A stretch of DNA of 64,000 nucleotides from Longimicrobiales bacterium (GTDB lineage Bacteria; Gemmatimonadota; Gemmatimonadetes; Longimicrobiales; Gaopeijiaceae): positions 256,001-320,000 of the forward strand of contig CBDFMQ010000002.1 of assembly GCA_965249725.1 (NCBI GenBank), read 5' to 3'. The position numbers and the translations under genes are program-made. The notes beneath the pieces are model-generated. The model did not search any database, was not told the origin of the DNA, and saw only the letters and a list, made by a program, of their open reading frames with translations. Every line of letters starts with the position of its first letter. Within the stretch, counting starts at the first letter, position 1. This document shows positions 30,032 to 39,328 of the stretch, piece by piece.

Positions 30032-31072
30032 GTGAGGGAGTTCCTCGATCGACGCATCCTCTTCGTGGGTGGAAAGGGGGGTGTCGGAAAGACCACGACC
30101 GCAAGCGCCCTCGCGCTCATGGCGGCCGAATCCGGTCGCCATGTCCTGATCGTCTCGATGGATCCCGCCCACTCCCTCGGCGACATCTTCGGAGTCGACA
30201 TCGGCAACCGTGAGGTCCCGCTGGCCGAGGGTTTGTGGGGTCTCGAGATCGACCCGGACGCCGAGGCGGAGCATCACATTCGGACGGTGAAGGCGAGCAT
30301 GAAGAGCCTCGTCGCTCCCAAGATGTACCGCGAAGTCGACCGACAGCTCGACCTGGCCCAGGATGCCCCCGGCACCGTCGAAGCCGCGGTCCTGGAGCGA
30401 ATGTCTGAGCTCATGTCGGATGCCATGGGCCGCTTCGACCTGGTCGTCTTCGATACCGCGCCGACCGGCCACACCATCCGGCTTCTGTCGTTACCCGAGG
30501 TGATGGCCGCTTGGAGCGACGGGATGCTGAAGCATCAGGATCGATCTCAGAAGCTCGGCCAGGTCCTCAAGGTCTTCAGCCGACACCAAACGAAAGAGGA
30601 CGAGTTCGGCATGATCGGCGGCGGGGAGAAGGACGATGAAGATCCGCGGACGACCCGGATCAACGCGATCCTCCTCGCACGACGGCGGAAGTTTCACCGT
30701 GCCCGCGAACTTCTGACCGATGAGGACACGACGGCGTTCGTGCTCGTCATCAATCCCGAGCGGCTGCCGATTCTCGAGAGCAAGAAGGCCTTGAAGGTGC
30801 TGAACAAGTTCAACGTCCCGGTGGCGGCCATGGTCGTCAACAGGCTCCTGCCGGATGACGCGGACAGTGAATTCTTGCGTGAACGACGGCTCCAGGAGCA
30901 GGAGTACCGGGACGAGATCGACCGGGAGTTCGCAGGTCTCCGTCGTGTGGATGTGCCCCTGTTGGCGCATGATGTGTACGGCATCGAGACGTTGCGCGAG
31001 ATAGGGCGTATCCTGGTGCCCGAGGCCGGTGACGCAGGCGACCCGGGCGGACAAGGCCCGACGTCACCATGA
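30032..31072 (+). CDS. Single-domain ArsA/Get3-family ATPase
   Basis: GGKGGVGKTT, DPAHSLGD, DTAPTGH. Confidence 0.9.
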   Translation: MREFLDRRILFVGGKGGVGKTTTASALALMAAESGRHVLIVSMDPAHSLGDIFGVDIGNREVPLAEGLWGLEIDPDAEAEHHIRTVKASMKSLVAPKMYREVDRQLDLAQDAPGTVEAAVLERMSELMSDAMGRFDLVVFDTAPTGHTIRLLSLPEVMAAWSDGMLKHQDRSQKLGQVLKVFSRHQTKEDEFGMIGGGEKDDEDPRTTRINAILLARRRKFHRARELLTDEDTTAFVLVINPERLPILESKKALKVLNKFNVPVAAMVVNRLLPDDADSEFLRERRLQEQEYRDEIDREFAGLRRVDVPLLAHDVYGIETLREIGRILVPEAGDAGDPGGQGPTSP

Positions 31073-31677
31073 GATTCCTCCGGCGCGCCGCCGCGATGGT
31101 CGATCGGCTCAACGATCGCATCGGCGCCGCCATCCAGTGGCTCGCCCTTCTCATGGTGCTGGTTGGCGCGTTCAACGCGTTGGCGCGGTATACGACCCGA
31201 TATACGGGCCTGGCGCTCAGCTCGAACGCCTACCTCGATCTGCAGTGGTACTTCTTCACCCTGATCTTCCTGCTCGGCGCCGGATACGGACTGAACCACG
31301 ACTATCACGTCCGAGTCGACGTGGTCTACGAGAAGTTGGGCAAGAAGGCCAAGGCCTGGGTGAACCTCATCGGGACCGTGCTGTTCCTCATCCCTTTTTC
31401 GGGGGTCATGCTCTGGGTTTCCTGGCGCCCGGTCTGGAACAGCTGGGCTATTCGTGAGGCCTCACCAGACCCCGGAGGACTGCCGCGCTACCCCATCAAG
31501 GCCGTCATTCTCGTGGCCTTCCTACTCTTGCTACTCCAGGGCTTCAGTCATGTCCTGAAGCAGGTCGACATTCTCCGGGGATCGGGTCCGGGCGGAGCAC
31601 CCGACGAGCCGACCGGTGCGACCGACAAAGCGGACGAGACCGGCGGGCCCGATGAGTCGTCCGGAGGTGGCGCGTAG
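31069..31677 (+). CDS. dctQ: TRAP transporter small permease
   Basis: 4 TM, HVRVDV, DPGGLPRYPIK. Confidence 0.88.
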   Translation: MRFLRRAAAMVDRLNDRIGAAIQWLALLMVLVGAFNALARYTTRYTGLALSSNAYLDLQWYFFTLIFLLGAGYGLNHDYHVRVDVVYEKLGKKAKAWVNLIGTVLFLIPFSGVMLWVSWRPVWNSWAIREASPDPGGLPRYPIKAVILVAFLLLLLQGFSHVLKQVDILRGSGPGGAPDEPTGATDKADETGGPDESSGGGA

Positions 31678-32987
31678 TGGGAGACCTCTGGGGTCCGATC
31701 ATGTTTCTCGGGGTGTTGGTCCTCATCTTCACGGGGTATCCCGTTGCCTTCGCCCTGGCCGGTACGGCACTGCTCTTTTCAGTGCTCGAGGCGGTGGTTG
31801 GGGACTTCGACCTGATCCTCTTCCGGGCTCTTCCGGACCGGACCTTCGGGGTGATGTCGAACTACACGCTGCTCGCCATCCCCTTCTTCATCTTCATGGG
31901 GACCGTGCTGGAGAAATCACGCCTCGTCGAGGATCTGCTCGAGACGATCGGCATCCTGTTCGGTCGTTTCCGAGGAGGCTTGGCGCTGGGTGTGATCGGG
32001 GTGGGCGCTCTCTTGGCTGCCGCCACCGGAGTGGTAGGTGCGTCGGTGACGGCCATGGGCCTCATCTCGCTGCCCGTAATGCTCCGCAACGGATATAAGG
32101 ACGATCTGACGCTGGGTGTCATATCGGCCTCCGGGACCTTGGGGCAGATCATCCCGCCCAGCATCGTGTTGATCGTGTTGGGTGATCAGATGGGTGTCTC
32201 CGTCGGAGCCCTGTTTCAGGCGGCTGTCGTGCCTGGGCTCGTCCTCACCGGGGCCTACGCCCTCTATGTGATCGGGGTGGCCGTCGTGAATCCGGAGGCG
32301 GCCCCGGCGATGGAGGAGGCGCGTGAGGTCAGGGGCCTCGACCTCGTTCGTCGTGTCTCCGTGTCGTTGATTCCGCCGCTCGCTCTGATACTGGTTGTGC
32401 TCGGGAGCATTTTCGCCGGCGTGGCCACACCCACCGAAGCGGGTGCGCTGGGATCGGTCGGCGCCATGATGCTGGCGGCGATGGGGGGACAGCTCACCAT
32501 GTCTGCCCTCAAGGCGGCAATGAACGACACCACGCGCCTAACGATCATGGTGATCTTCCTACTCATCGGGTCGACGGTCTTCACCCTCGTGTTCCGGGGC
32601 CTGGAAGGAGATCTATGGATCGCGAGGATGCTCTCGAACCTCCCCGGTGGCTCGCTGGGGTTCCTCCTGGTCGTGAACGTGGTCGTCTTCGTCCTCGGTT
32701 TCTTCATCGACTTCTTCGAGATCGCCTTCATCATCGTGCCGCTCGTGGTCGCTCCCGCTCAGATTCTCGGACTCGATCTGACATGGCTGGGGATCGTGCT
32801 GGCGGTGAACATCCAGACCTCGTTCCTCACTCCACCCTTCGGCGTCTCCCTCTTCTACCTCCGTGGGGTGACACCTGCGGAGATCTCAACGACTCGCATG
32901 TACCGGGGAGTCTTGCCGTTCATCCTCATCCAGTTGGTCGTCCTCGGGGGGCTGATTGTCTGGTTGCTGAGCAAAGGACCTGGCTAA
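31677..32987 (+). CDS. dctM: TRAP transporter large permease
   Basis: LAIPFFIFMG, SGTLGQIIPPS, ATPTEAG, SFLTPPFG. Confidence 0.92.
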   Translation: MGDLWGPIMFLGVLVLIFTGYPVAFALAGTALLFSVLEAVVGDFDLILFRALPDRTFGVMSNYTLLAIPFFIFMGTVLEKSRLVEDLLETIGILFGRFRGGLALGVIGVGALLAAATGVVGASVTAMGLISLPVMLRNGYKDDLTLGVISASGTLGQIIPPSIVLIVLGDQMGVSVGALFQAAVVPGLVLTGAYALYVIGVAVVNPEAAPAMEEAREVRGLDLVRRVSVSLIPPLALILVVLGSIFAGVATPTEAGALGSVGAMMLAAMGGQLTMSALKAAMNDTTRLTIMVIFLLIGSTVFTLVFRGLEGDLWIARMLSNLPGGSLGFLLVVNVVVFVLGFFIDFFEIAFIIVPLVVAPAQILGLDLTWLGIVLAVNIQTSFLTPPFGVSLFYLRGVTPAEISTTRMYRGVLPFILIQLVVLGGLIVWLLSKGPG

Positions 32988-33053
32988 GCAAGGCGGAACC
33001 AGCCTAGGTTCGCCGTCACACCGTTTCGTTTTACGCCCCGTCTGGAGGCCTCC

Positions 33054-33959
33054 ATGTCCGCTCGCTCGTTTGCACGCATGTCGCTCCTCATGTCGCTCCT
33101 TTGGGCCATGCCCCTCGTCGCCCAACGCGATTGGGATGCCATCGAGATCCGCACGATAGAGTTGGGCGGAGGCGTGTACATGCTCATGGGCAGCGGGGGC
33201 AACATCGGGCTCTCCGTCGGTGAGGACGGGGCGTTCGTCGTGGACGACCAGTTCGCTCCGCTCACGGACAAGATCAAGGCTGCCATCGCGGGCGTGACCG
33301 ATCAGCCGGTGAAGTGGGTCTTGAATACCCATTGGCACGGTGATCACACGGGAGGAAACGAGAACTTCGGTGGTGACGGCGCACTCATCGTTGCCCACGA
33401 CAACGTCTACAAGCGACTGAACCCGGCAGAGTTCGCGGAGCTGGTGGGGCGGAGTCAACAGGCGCCTGACGTTGCCCTGCCGGTCGTGACGTTCGATGAG
33501 GCGATGACGTTCCACTGGAACGGTGAGGACATCCACGCCTTCCACGTCGAGCACGCTCATACGGATGGGGACGTGATCATCCACTATCGGGGGTCCGACA
33601 TCTACCACATGGGCGACACGTTCTTCAGAGGTCGATATCCGTTCATCGACGTGGACTCCGGCGGCAGCGTCGACGGCATCATCGCGGCGGCGGACCTGGT
33701 CCTACGCATGAGCGGGTCGAGCACCAAGCTCATTCCGGGACACGGGGACCTGGCGACTCGCGAGGACCTGCGCGAATACCGAGAAATGGTCAGCACCGTG
33801 CGGGGTCGCGTGGCTCAGCTCATCAGGGACGGCAAGACGCAGGAAGAGGCTATGGCAGCGCGCCCGACGGCCGATCTCGACGCAGCTTGGGGGGCGACGC
33901 AGGAGTCAGCCGAAGGGTTCGTGACCCTGGTCTATCGGAGCTTGACGGAGGGTCACTAA
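33054..33959 (+). CDS. Secreted metallo-beta-lactamase-fold hydrolase
   Basis: NTHWHGDHTGGN, AHTDGD, HMGD, IPGHG; signal peptide. Confidence 0.88.
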   Translation: MSARSFARMSLLMSLLWAMPLVAQRDWDAIEIRTIELGGGVYMLMGSGGNIGLSVGEDGAFVVDDQFAPLTDKIKAAIAGVTDQPVKWVLNTHWHGDHTGGNENFGGDGALIVAHDNVYKRLNPAEFAELVGRSQQAPDVALPVVTFDEAMTFHWNGEDIHAFHVEHAHTDGDVIIHYRGSDIYHMGDTFFRGRYPFIDVDSGGSVDGIIAAADLVLRMSGSSTKLIPGHGDLATREDLREYREMVSTVRGRVAQLIRDGKTQEEAMAARPTADLDAAWGATQESAEGFVTLVYRSLTEGH

Positions 33960-33994
33960 GGCCGTCGAGGGCTCCTGGAATCCTCTAGAGCGCG

Positions 33995-35119
33995 CTAGAG
34001 CTTCGGGAACGCGAACCTGGCGTACTCCAGTTCGTTCCCTCGGAAGTACTCGAAGCTTACGGCCCGAAAGTCTCTCCACGACTCGTAGACGCGTCTGAAC
34101 CCGGCGTCGGCTGCCGCCTGTTCCTCGAGATACGCGTTGCTCTCAAGCCACGCCGCCTCCAGGATCTCGTCGGAGAAGCTTCGAAGAGTGACGCCCTCCT
34201 CCGACGTGAGCCGCGCCAAGGCGCGGGGATTCTCGACGTCGTAGCGCGATAGGGTCTGTACATTAGCCGCTTCGCAGGCGGTCTGCAGCGCTTCCTGATA
34301 CGCAGGGGGCAGGTCGTTCCACGCGTCGAGACTGACCTGCAGCGTGGTGGTGACCCCGGGCTCCCACCAGCCCGGGATGTAGTAGTTCTTCGCGATCCGG
34401 TGCAGCCCGAGCTTCTCGTCGTCATAGGGCCCCACCCACTCGGTGGCGTCGATGGCTCCTCGCTCGAGCGCCGGGTAGATCTCGGCCGCGGCCAGGACCT
34501 GCACGCTCACTCCCAGTCGTGCCATGATCTCACCGGACAGTCCTGGAATGCGCATGCGCAGCCCCCGCATGTCTGCGAGAGAGTCGATCGGCTCGCGGAA
34601 CCATCCGCCGAACTGGGGTCCGGTGCTGCCGCATCCGAACGTGAGGATGCCGAAGTCCGAATAGAGCTCCCTCATCAGCTCCAGACCCCCGGCGTGATGA
34701 AGCCATGCAGCACGCTGTCGGTTCGACATTCCAAATGGGATGGCAGTGCCGAAGGCGAGGGCCGGGTTCTTGCCGATGTAGTAGTAGTCGGCGGTGTATC
34801 CCGCCTGCACCGTGCCCGACTCGACCCCGTCCATCACCTGAAGGGCAGGAACGAGCTCGCCGGCGGCGAAAACCCGTATCGTGAATTGCCCTCCCGTCAG
34901 GGCCGAGATCCGGTCGGCTAGGTGTGTGACATTCCCGTGGAGGATGTCCAGGCTGGGAGGAAAGCTCGAGGCGAGCCGCCAGCTCACCCGGGGGCCGGTC
35001 ACCACGGAGTCTCCCGAAACGCTCGGGGACGGATCACCTCCGCATGAGGCCAGCACGCCGGTGCCGGCCGCGCCGAGGGTCGCTTTCCGCACGAAGTCGC
35101 GACGCTTCATAGAGCTCAT
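33995..35119 (-). CDS. dctP: TRAP substrate-binding protein (TakP-like), Tat lipoprotein
   Basis: MKRRDFV Tat + LASC; QFGGWF, LRMRIPG, EWVGPYDD, PGWWEPG. Confidence 0.88.
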   Translation of the reverse strand: MSSMKRRDFVRKATLGAAGTGVLASCGGDPSPSVSGDSVVTGPRVSWRLASSFPPSLDILHGNVTHLADRISALTGGQFTIRVFAAGELVPALQVMDGVESGTVQAGYTADYYYIGKNPALAFGTAIPFGMSNRQRAAWLHHAGGLELMRELYSDFGILTFGCGSTGPQFGGWFREPIDSLADMRGLRMRIPGLSGEIMARLGVSVQVLAAAEIYPALERGAIDATEWVGPYDDEKLGLHRIAKNYYIPGWWEPGVTTTLQVSLDAWNDLPPAYQEALQTACEAANVQTLSRYDVENPRALARLTSEEGVTLRSFSDEILEAAWLESNAYLEEQAAADAGFRRVYESWRDFRAVSFEYFRGNELEYARFAFPKL

Positions 35120-35238
35120 TGTGTGGGCACATCCATGGTGACGGGGATCGGGGCTTCCGCGCTGCCGTCCCAAGATCTACCCGTGGAGCCCGACCGGGGC
35201 AAATGGCCTGTCAGAGCCTAGGCTGGTCGGTCCGGGGC

Positions 35239-35733
35239 TCAGTTCGGTTCCAGCGTCCGCACTTCGGTCAGGAGCGTGAAGCCCAGCTCTTCATCTGCGA
35301 TCATCTCCGAATAGTCGATCCAGATGCTGGTCGGATATCCACGGCTCGCATCGAAGTCCACGTCCACCCGGGCAGCGTCCTGGTCGTAGGCGTCTTCCAG
35401 CAGGTCGAACAAGCCGTCGATCGTCAGGTACCACTGCACCTCGTTGGGTTCGAGCACCTTGTCGGTCGCCAGATCCGTGGCACCCGTCAGGACTCCCGCC
35501 ACTACCGTGAGGCGGACGCCCTCCTCCCGGAACGGGCAGAAGCAGACGCGTCGGACGTCGAATGTGTAGTCCTCCAGGCTTTGGGCCTCCCAGAGCGACC
35601 GTTGCTCGCTCAGGCGATCCACCTCGGGGCCTGTCGAGTCGCCGCACGCCAGGGGGCCCAGCAGAAGCACGGCCGTCACTATCGATCCGAGTCTGGCTCG
35701 GATCGGTCGGCCGCTGTGATGGGATCGAACCAT
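35239..35733 (-). CDS. Lipoprotein, DUF6174-like
   Basis: PLAC lipobox; W..QSLEDY..RRVCFC, TIDGLF, GYPTSI.ID....ADEE; start ATG 35733. Confidence 0.65.
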   Translation of the reverse strand: MVRSHHSGRPIRARLGSIVTAVLLLGPLACGDSTGPEVDRLSEQRSLWEAQSLEDYTFDVRRVCFCPFREEGVRLTVVAGVLTGATDLATDKVLEPNEVQWYLTIDGLFDLLEDAYDQDAARVDVDFDASRGYPTSIWIDYSEMIADEELGFTLLTEVRTLEPN

Positions 35734-35825
35734 GGATGCCTCGACGATCGAACGTTGCTGCGTGTCTACCCTTGGATAACGCTTGAAGGGGTTCTCATGT
35801 GACACCTGACTCGGATTCCTCGCGG

Positions 35826-35861
35826 ATAAGAAGAAGCGCCCGGCCGCTATGGCCGGGCGCT
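35826..35861 (-). terminator. Intrinsic terminator after the multicopper-oxidase-like gene
   Basis: AGCGCCCGGCC-5 nt loop-GGCCGGGCGCT perfect 11-bp stem followed on the minus strand by TCTTCTTAT. Confidence 0.7.
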
Positions 35862-35897
35862 CATCACGCGTGGTCGTGCCGCTACGCCGGGACCGCG

Positions 35898-37706
35898 TCA
35901 GCCGGCGGGATCCACCTTCATCGAGATCGACATGCCGGATCCGACATGCTCCGGAATCTGGCAGTTGAGCATCCAATCCCCGGGGTTGGACATCTCGATC
36001 AACAGGTCGATGGTGGCGCCAACGGGCACGATGACCGTGTCGCGCCACACCATGTGGTTCATCCGTACCCCGTCCTGCTCCAACACCAGGAAGCGTTGGC
36101 CGTGAAGGTGCATGGGGTGGTTCATGGGATGGAACGACTTGGGGTTGTTGAACAGGCGGAGCTTCACGACGTCGCCCTCCTTGAAGCGCCAGCCTCTAGC
36201 CGGACCCAACTCACGGTCGGGCGACATGGTCGCCATGTCCGGCAGAATCCACGTCACCTCTTGGCCTGTCGCCAGCCAGTTCATCATCGGCATCGTCTCG
36301 TTCCACTCGAGCGGCGGCACGTAGAACGTGTCGATGGCCATCATCTGCTGGATCGGCGTGAGCAGTCCGCGGGCATTCAGCGTTAGTTCGAGCTCGTGGT
36401 CCACCTCTCGGTCGAAGTGGGGGCGCATCGCGTCGATATCCGCCCCGACCTCGGCCGGTTCCCTCAGCTCCGCAAACGCCGCCGAGTAGTCCGCTTCCGT
36501 GCCCTCGTCGGCAACCGTCACAGTGCCCAGGGTATCGACTTCCGCGTAGAACTGACCCAAGAAGTGATTGATCGCCTGGATCCGGCTCGTCATGGCCGCG
36601 TCACCGGCTTCATCGAACTTCACTTCGACTACGTACCGCTGACCGGGGGCGATCACCACGCTCCCGACCATGATCTCCTTCTCGAACCTGCTGAGGTCGC
36701 TCGCCACCAGCTTAATCGGGGCGCTGTCCCACGACACGTTGAACATGCGCGTGTTCGAGGCATTGGTGAGGTGGTACCGGACCACATCGCCCTTCTTTAC
36801 ATCCAGCTCATGGCTCGGCTTGCCATCCACAAGCATGACGTTGCCGAACCGCCCCATGAGGACGTGTGTGGGGGACTCGAAGCCCCACGGAATGGGGCCC
36901 AAGGCGTCCATGAGGATGTCGTCCAGTATCAGGACGACCTCATGGTTGACGGGGCTGTAGTAGTCCTCATCGGCGGACTCGACGATGATGTTGCCGTACA
37001 GGCCCAGATCCTGCGCGACCTCTTCGCGCTGGTGCGGGTGGTACCAGAACGTTCCCGCATCGGGAAATCGGACCTGATACTCGAACGTGTCCCCGGGTCG
37101 CACGGGTCTCTGGGTGAGGCCGGGCACACCGTCGTACTGGTTCTCTACGCGCACGCCGTGCCACCGGAGGGTGGTCGCGAATTCGATGTTGTTCGTGAAG
37201 TTGACCGTGATACTGGAGTGCTGCTTGACCTTGATGAGGGGCCCGGGATACTGACCGTTGAACGCATACATGATCAGGTCATGCCCACCGACCGTGCGGT
37301 GGACCAGCCCGGCCTCCATATCGAGCACGTCACCATCAGCCAACTCGATGACCTCGCGATACGTGGCCACGGGCAACATGTCGCGCTGCATGTCGTCGAG
37401 GTCCATGCCCGGCATGAAAGGTGCCGCCGTCGGGACATTACCCTCGAGGTAGGGCATCATGGACATGTCCATGCCCTCCATGGGAGGCATGCGCCAGACG
37501 TTGGGATCCATGCCCGTCATGTCGTGCTGCATTCCGGGCATGTTCATGGGCATCGGATCCTGCGCACGCACGGGCGCGGACAGAACGGTCAAGCCGACTG
37601 CTGCCCACACCATTCCGTAAAACGCGACACCACCGGTCACGTTGAGTCGTCGGTCCATCGGATACTTCAGCATCCACCTCTCCTCGAGATCGAACTCGTA
37701 GTCCAA
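35898..37706 (-). CDS. Three-domain multicopper oxidase homologue with degenerate trinuclear Cu site
   Basis: NGQYPGP, RWHG (for HWHG), WYHPH, HPMHLHG, NCQIPEH..SGM (for HCHxxxH..xGM); Met-rich N-terminus; exact start uncertain. Confidence 0.88.
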   Translation of the reverse strand: MDYEFDLEERWMLKYPMDRRLNVTGGVAFYGMVWAAVGLTVLSAPVRAQDPMPMNMPGMQHDMTGMDPNVWRMPPMEGMDMSMMPYLEGNVPTAAPFMPGMDLDDMQRDMLPVATYREVIELADGDVLDMEAGLVHRTVGGHDLIMYAFNGQYPGPLIKVKQHSSITVNFTNNIEFATTLRWHGVRVENQYDGVPGLTQRPVRPGDTFEYQVRFPDAGTFWYHPHQREEVAQDLGLYGNIIVESADEDYYSPVNHEVVLILDDILMDALGPIPWGFESPTHVLMGRFGNVMLVDGKPSHELDVKKGDVVRYHLTNASNTRMFNVSWDSAPIKLVASDLSRFEKEIMVGSVVIAPGQRYVVEVKFDEAGDAAMTSRIQAINHFLGQFYAEVDTLGTVTVADEGTEADYSAAFAELREPAEVGADIDAMRPHFDREVDHELELTLNARGLLTPIQQMMAIDTFYVPPLEWNETMPMMNWLATGQEVTWILPDMATMSPDRELGPARGWRFKEGDVVKLRLFNNPKSFHPMNHPMHLHGQRFLVLEQDGVRMNHMVWRDTVIVPVGATIDLLIEMSNPGDWMLNCQIPEHVGSGMSISMKVDPAG

Positions 37707-37776
37707 CTCACGTATCTGCCTCGCGAGTGCCGAGGTCTAAACCAATCAGAAGTTTAGCGACATGCGGGGGCGCTGC

Positions 37777-39150
37777 CTACGAGATGGGCCTCTGCACGCC
37801 GGCGGGCCCGTTGTCCCAATCCTGAGCGCTGGAGTTGTTCGGGACGCCCCAGTCGTCCCCATTCCAACCCTCGAACCCGTCCATCCTCATGAGCCAGAGC
37901 CCGGTGACGCCGTCACTGATTCCGATCAGGCCGTCGGCGTTCCGAACGTCGACTCCCCAGGCTCCCTGGTAGACTCCCCACGTGTAGCTGCTGTTCTCCG
38001 GACCCGGGCGCGTGTTGTGCGGGCCGGGATAGGTATCGTAGTAACCCACGGTATACGGATTCGTCGGGTCCATCATGTTGAACACGGACAGTCCCGTTTC
38101 GTAGCCCGCGACGAACACGTAGGGCCAGCGCATCTCATGGTTGTGAGCCAGGGTCTTCCAGTCCTCTTGCCATGCTCCGATCGACCGGCGGATCGTGGGG
38201 ACCTCCCCGTCGAGGCCCGGCTTCAGGTCGAAGATCCGCAAGGGTTGATACTGGAACTCGGTTTCGCCGACCGCGTAGCGACCGTCGGGTGTCGGGGTCA
38301 CCGTGTGTCCCCAATTGATTCCCGATACACCCGTCACGGTGGTGATCAGTTCAGGCTCTTCGGGTCGTGAGACATCGAACAGGTAGTATCCACCACCGCC
38401 GCCGCCGTAGAAGATGTCTCGCTGTGTGGCGGGGTCGAATCCGACGTAGAAGTCGTGATATCCCTCGGACAGGGCGCCGGGGGTCGGTGGTACGGGCACC
38501 CCACCCAGGTACCCCTGATCCTCTGCACCCGCGACGAACCGGCCCATGTCGAACATCTTCGCCAGCTTGCCATGTGTGGCGAAGAGAATCACTCGACCGT
38601 CCGAGTGCTTGTAGACGAAGATGTTGTGGAATCCGCCCCCGCCTTCGGGCCGGACCCGTCCGACCTCCGTGATCCGCTCAGGCAGATCCGTAACGTCGAC
38701 GACGATACCTCCGACGTCGGAGTTCGGGCCGCCCTGCCGAAAGGAGACCGACTGGATGAAGTAGTATCGGTCGCCGATCTTGAACTGCTTGCCATCCATC
38801 GCACCGCCCTGGTGCAGTTCCTGGTTCTCGACCCTCCAGCGGTGGATGACCTCGGCGTTGTCCGGGTCTTCGATGTTGATGACGTCGAAGCCCTTCTCGG
38901 TGGTCCGACGCGAAACGTAGACGTAGGGCCTCGACAACTCCTGCTCCACCTCGATGTCACTGACCGACAGGTAGGGACCGAGCGGGAGGTGAGACAGAAC
39001 GTGAACGTTGGTGCTGCCCCTCATTCCGGGGGGACGAGGCTGAGTCTCAGAAACGCCCTGCGCGGCCGCACCGGCCACCCCGAGGAGTGAGCTCATGAGG
39101 ACTGCGAGAATACTGCTCGAGGCCGAAGCCCGATTCACTTTCGTAATCAC
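37777..39150 (-). CDS. Secreted LVIVD-type beta-propeller protein, paralogue P3
   Basis: GTG 39150 after GGAGG; GGFHN, YHD, GHT, HNHE, DWDNGP..RPIS. Confidence 0.8.
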   Translation of the reverse strand: MITKVNRASASSSILAVLMSSLLGVAGAAAQGVSETQPRPPGMRGSTNVHVLSHLPLGPYLSVSDIEVEQELSRPYVYVSRRTTEKGFDVINIEDPDNAEVIHRWRVENQELHQGGAMDGKQFKIGDRYYFIQSVSFRQGGPNSDVGGIVVDVTDLPERITEVGRVRPEGGGGFHNIFVYKHSDGRVILFATHGKLAKMFDMGRFVAGAEDQGYLGGVPVPPTPGALSEGYHDFYVGFDPATQRDIFYGGGGGGYYLFDVSRPEEPELITTVTGVSGINWGHTVTPTPDGRYAVGETEFQYQPLRIFDLKPGLDGEVPTIRRSIGAWQEDWKTLAHNHEMRWPYVFVAGYETGLSVFNMMDPTNPYTVGYYDTYPGPHNTRPGPENSSYTWGVYQGAWGVDVRNADGLIGISDGVTGLWLMRMDGFEGWNGDDWGVPNNSSAQDWDNGPAGVQRPIS

Positions 39151-39328
39151 TGAAATCACCTCCGCAGACAGCGCACATCCAGGTTCGGAGACAACATGCC
39201 ACAGGCCGATTGACGCCCGCAAGCAAAGCACAGTCGATAAAGGGGTTCTGGCGGAACTCTGAGCCCCCAAGTATGATGAGCACCGGCTTAGACGGCCAGA
39301 CAAAGCAATCCGTTAGGGAGGTAGTCTG

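Noticed and set aside
29998..30040. Selenocysteine read-through at the TGA after Cys-Cys
   Set aside because: CC-stop is a normal end for CstA-associated small proteins; no convincing SECIS, and the next gene starts 25 bp later
30032..31072. Arsenic-resistance operon (ArsA here plus ArsB-like gene at 20635)
   Set aside because: Single-domain ATPase without Cys ligands; no arsR/C/D; the genes are unlinked
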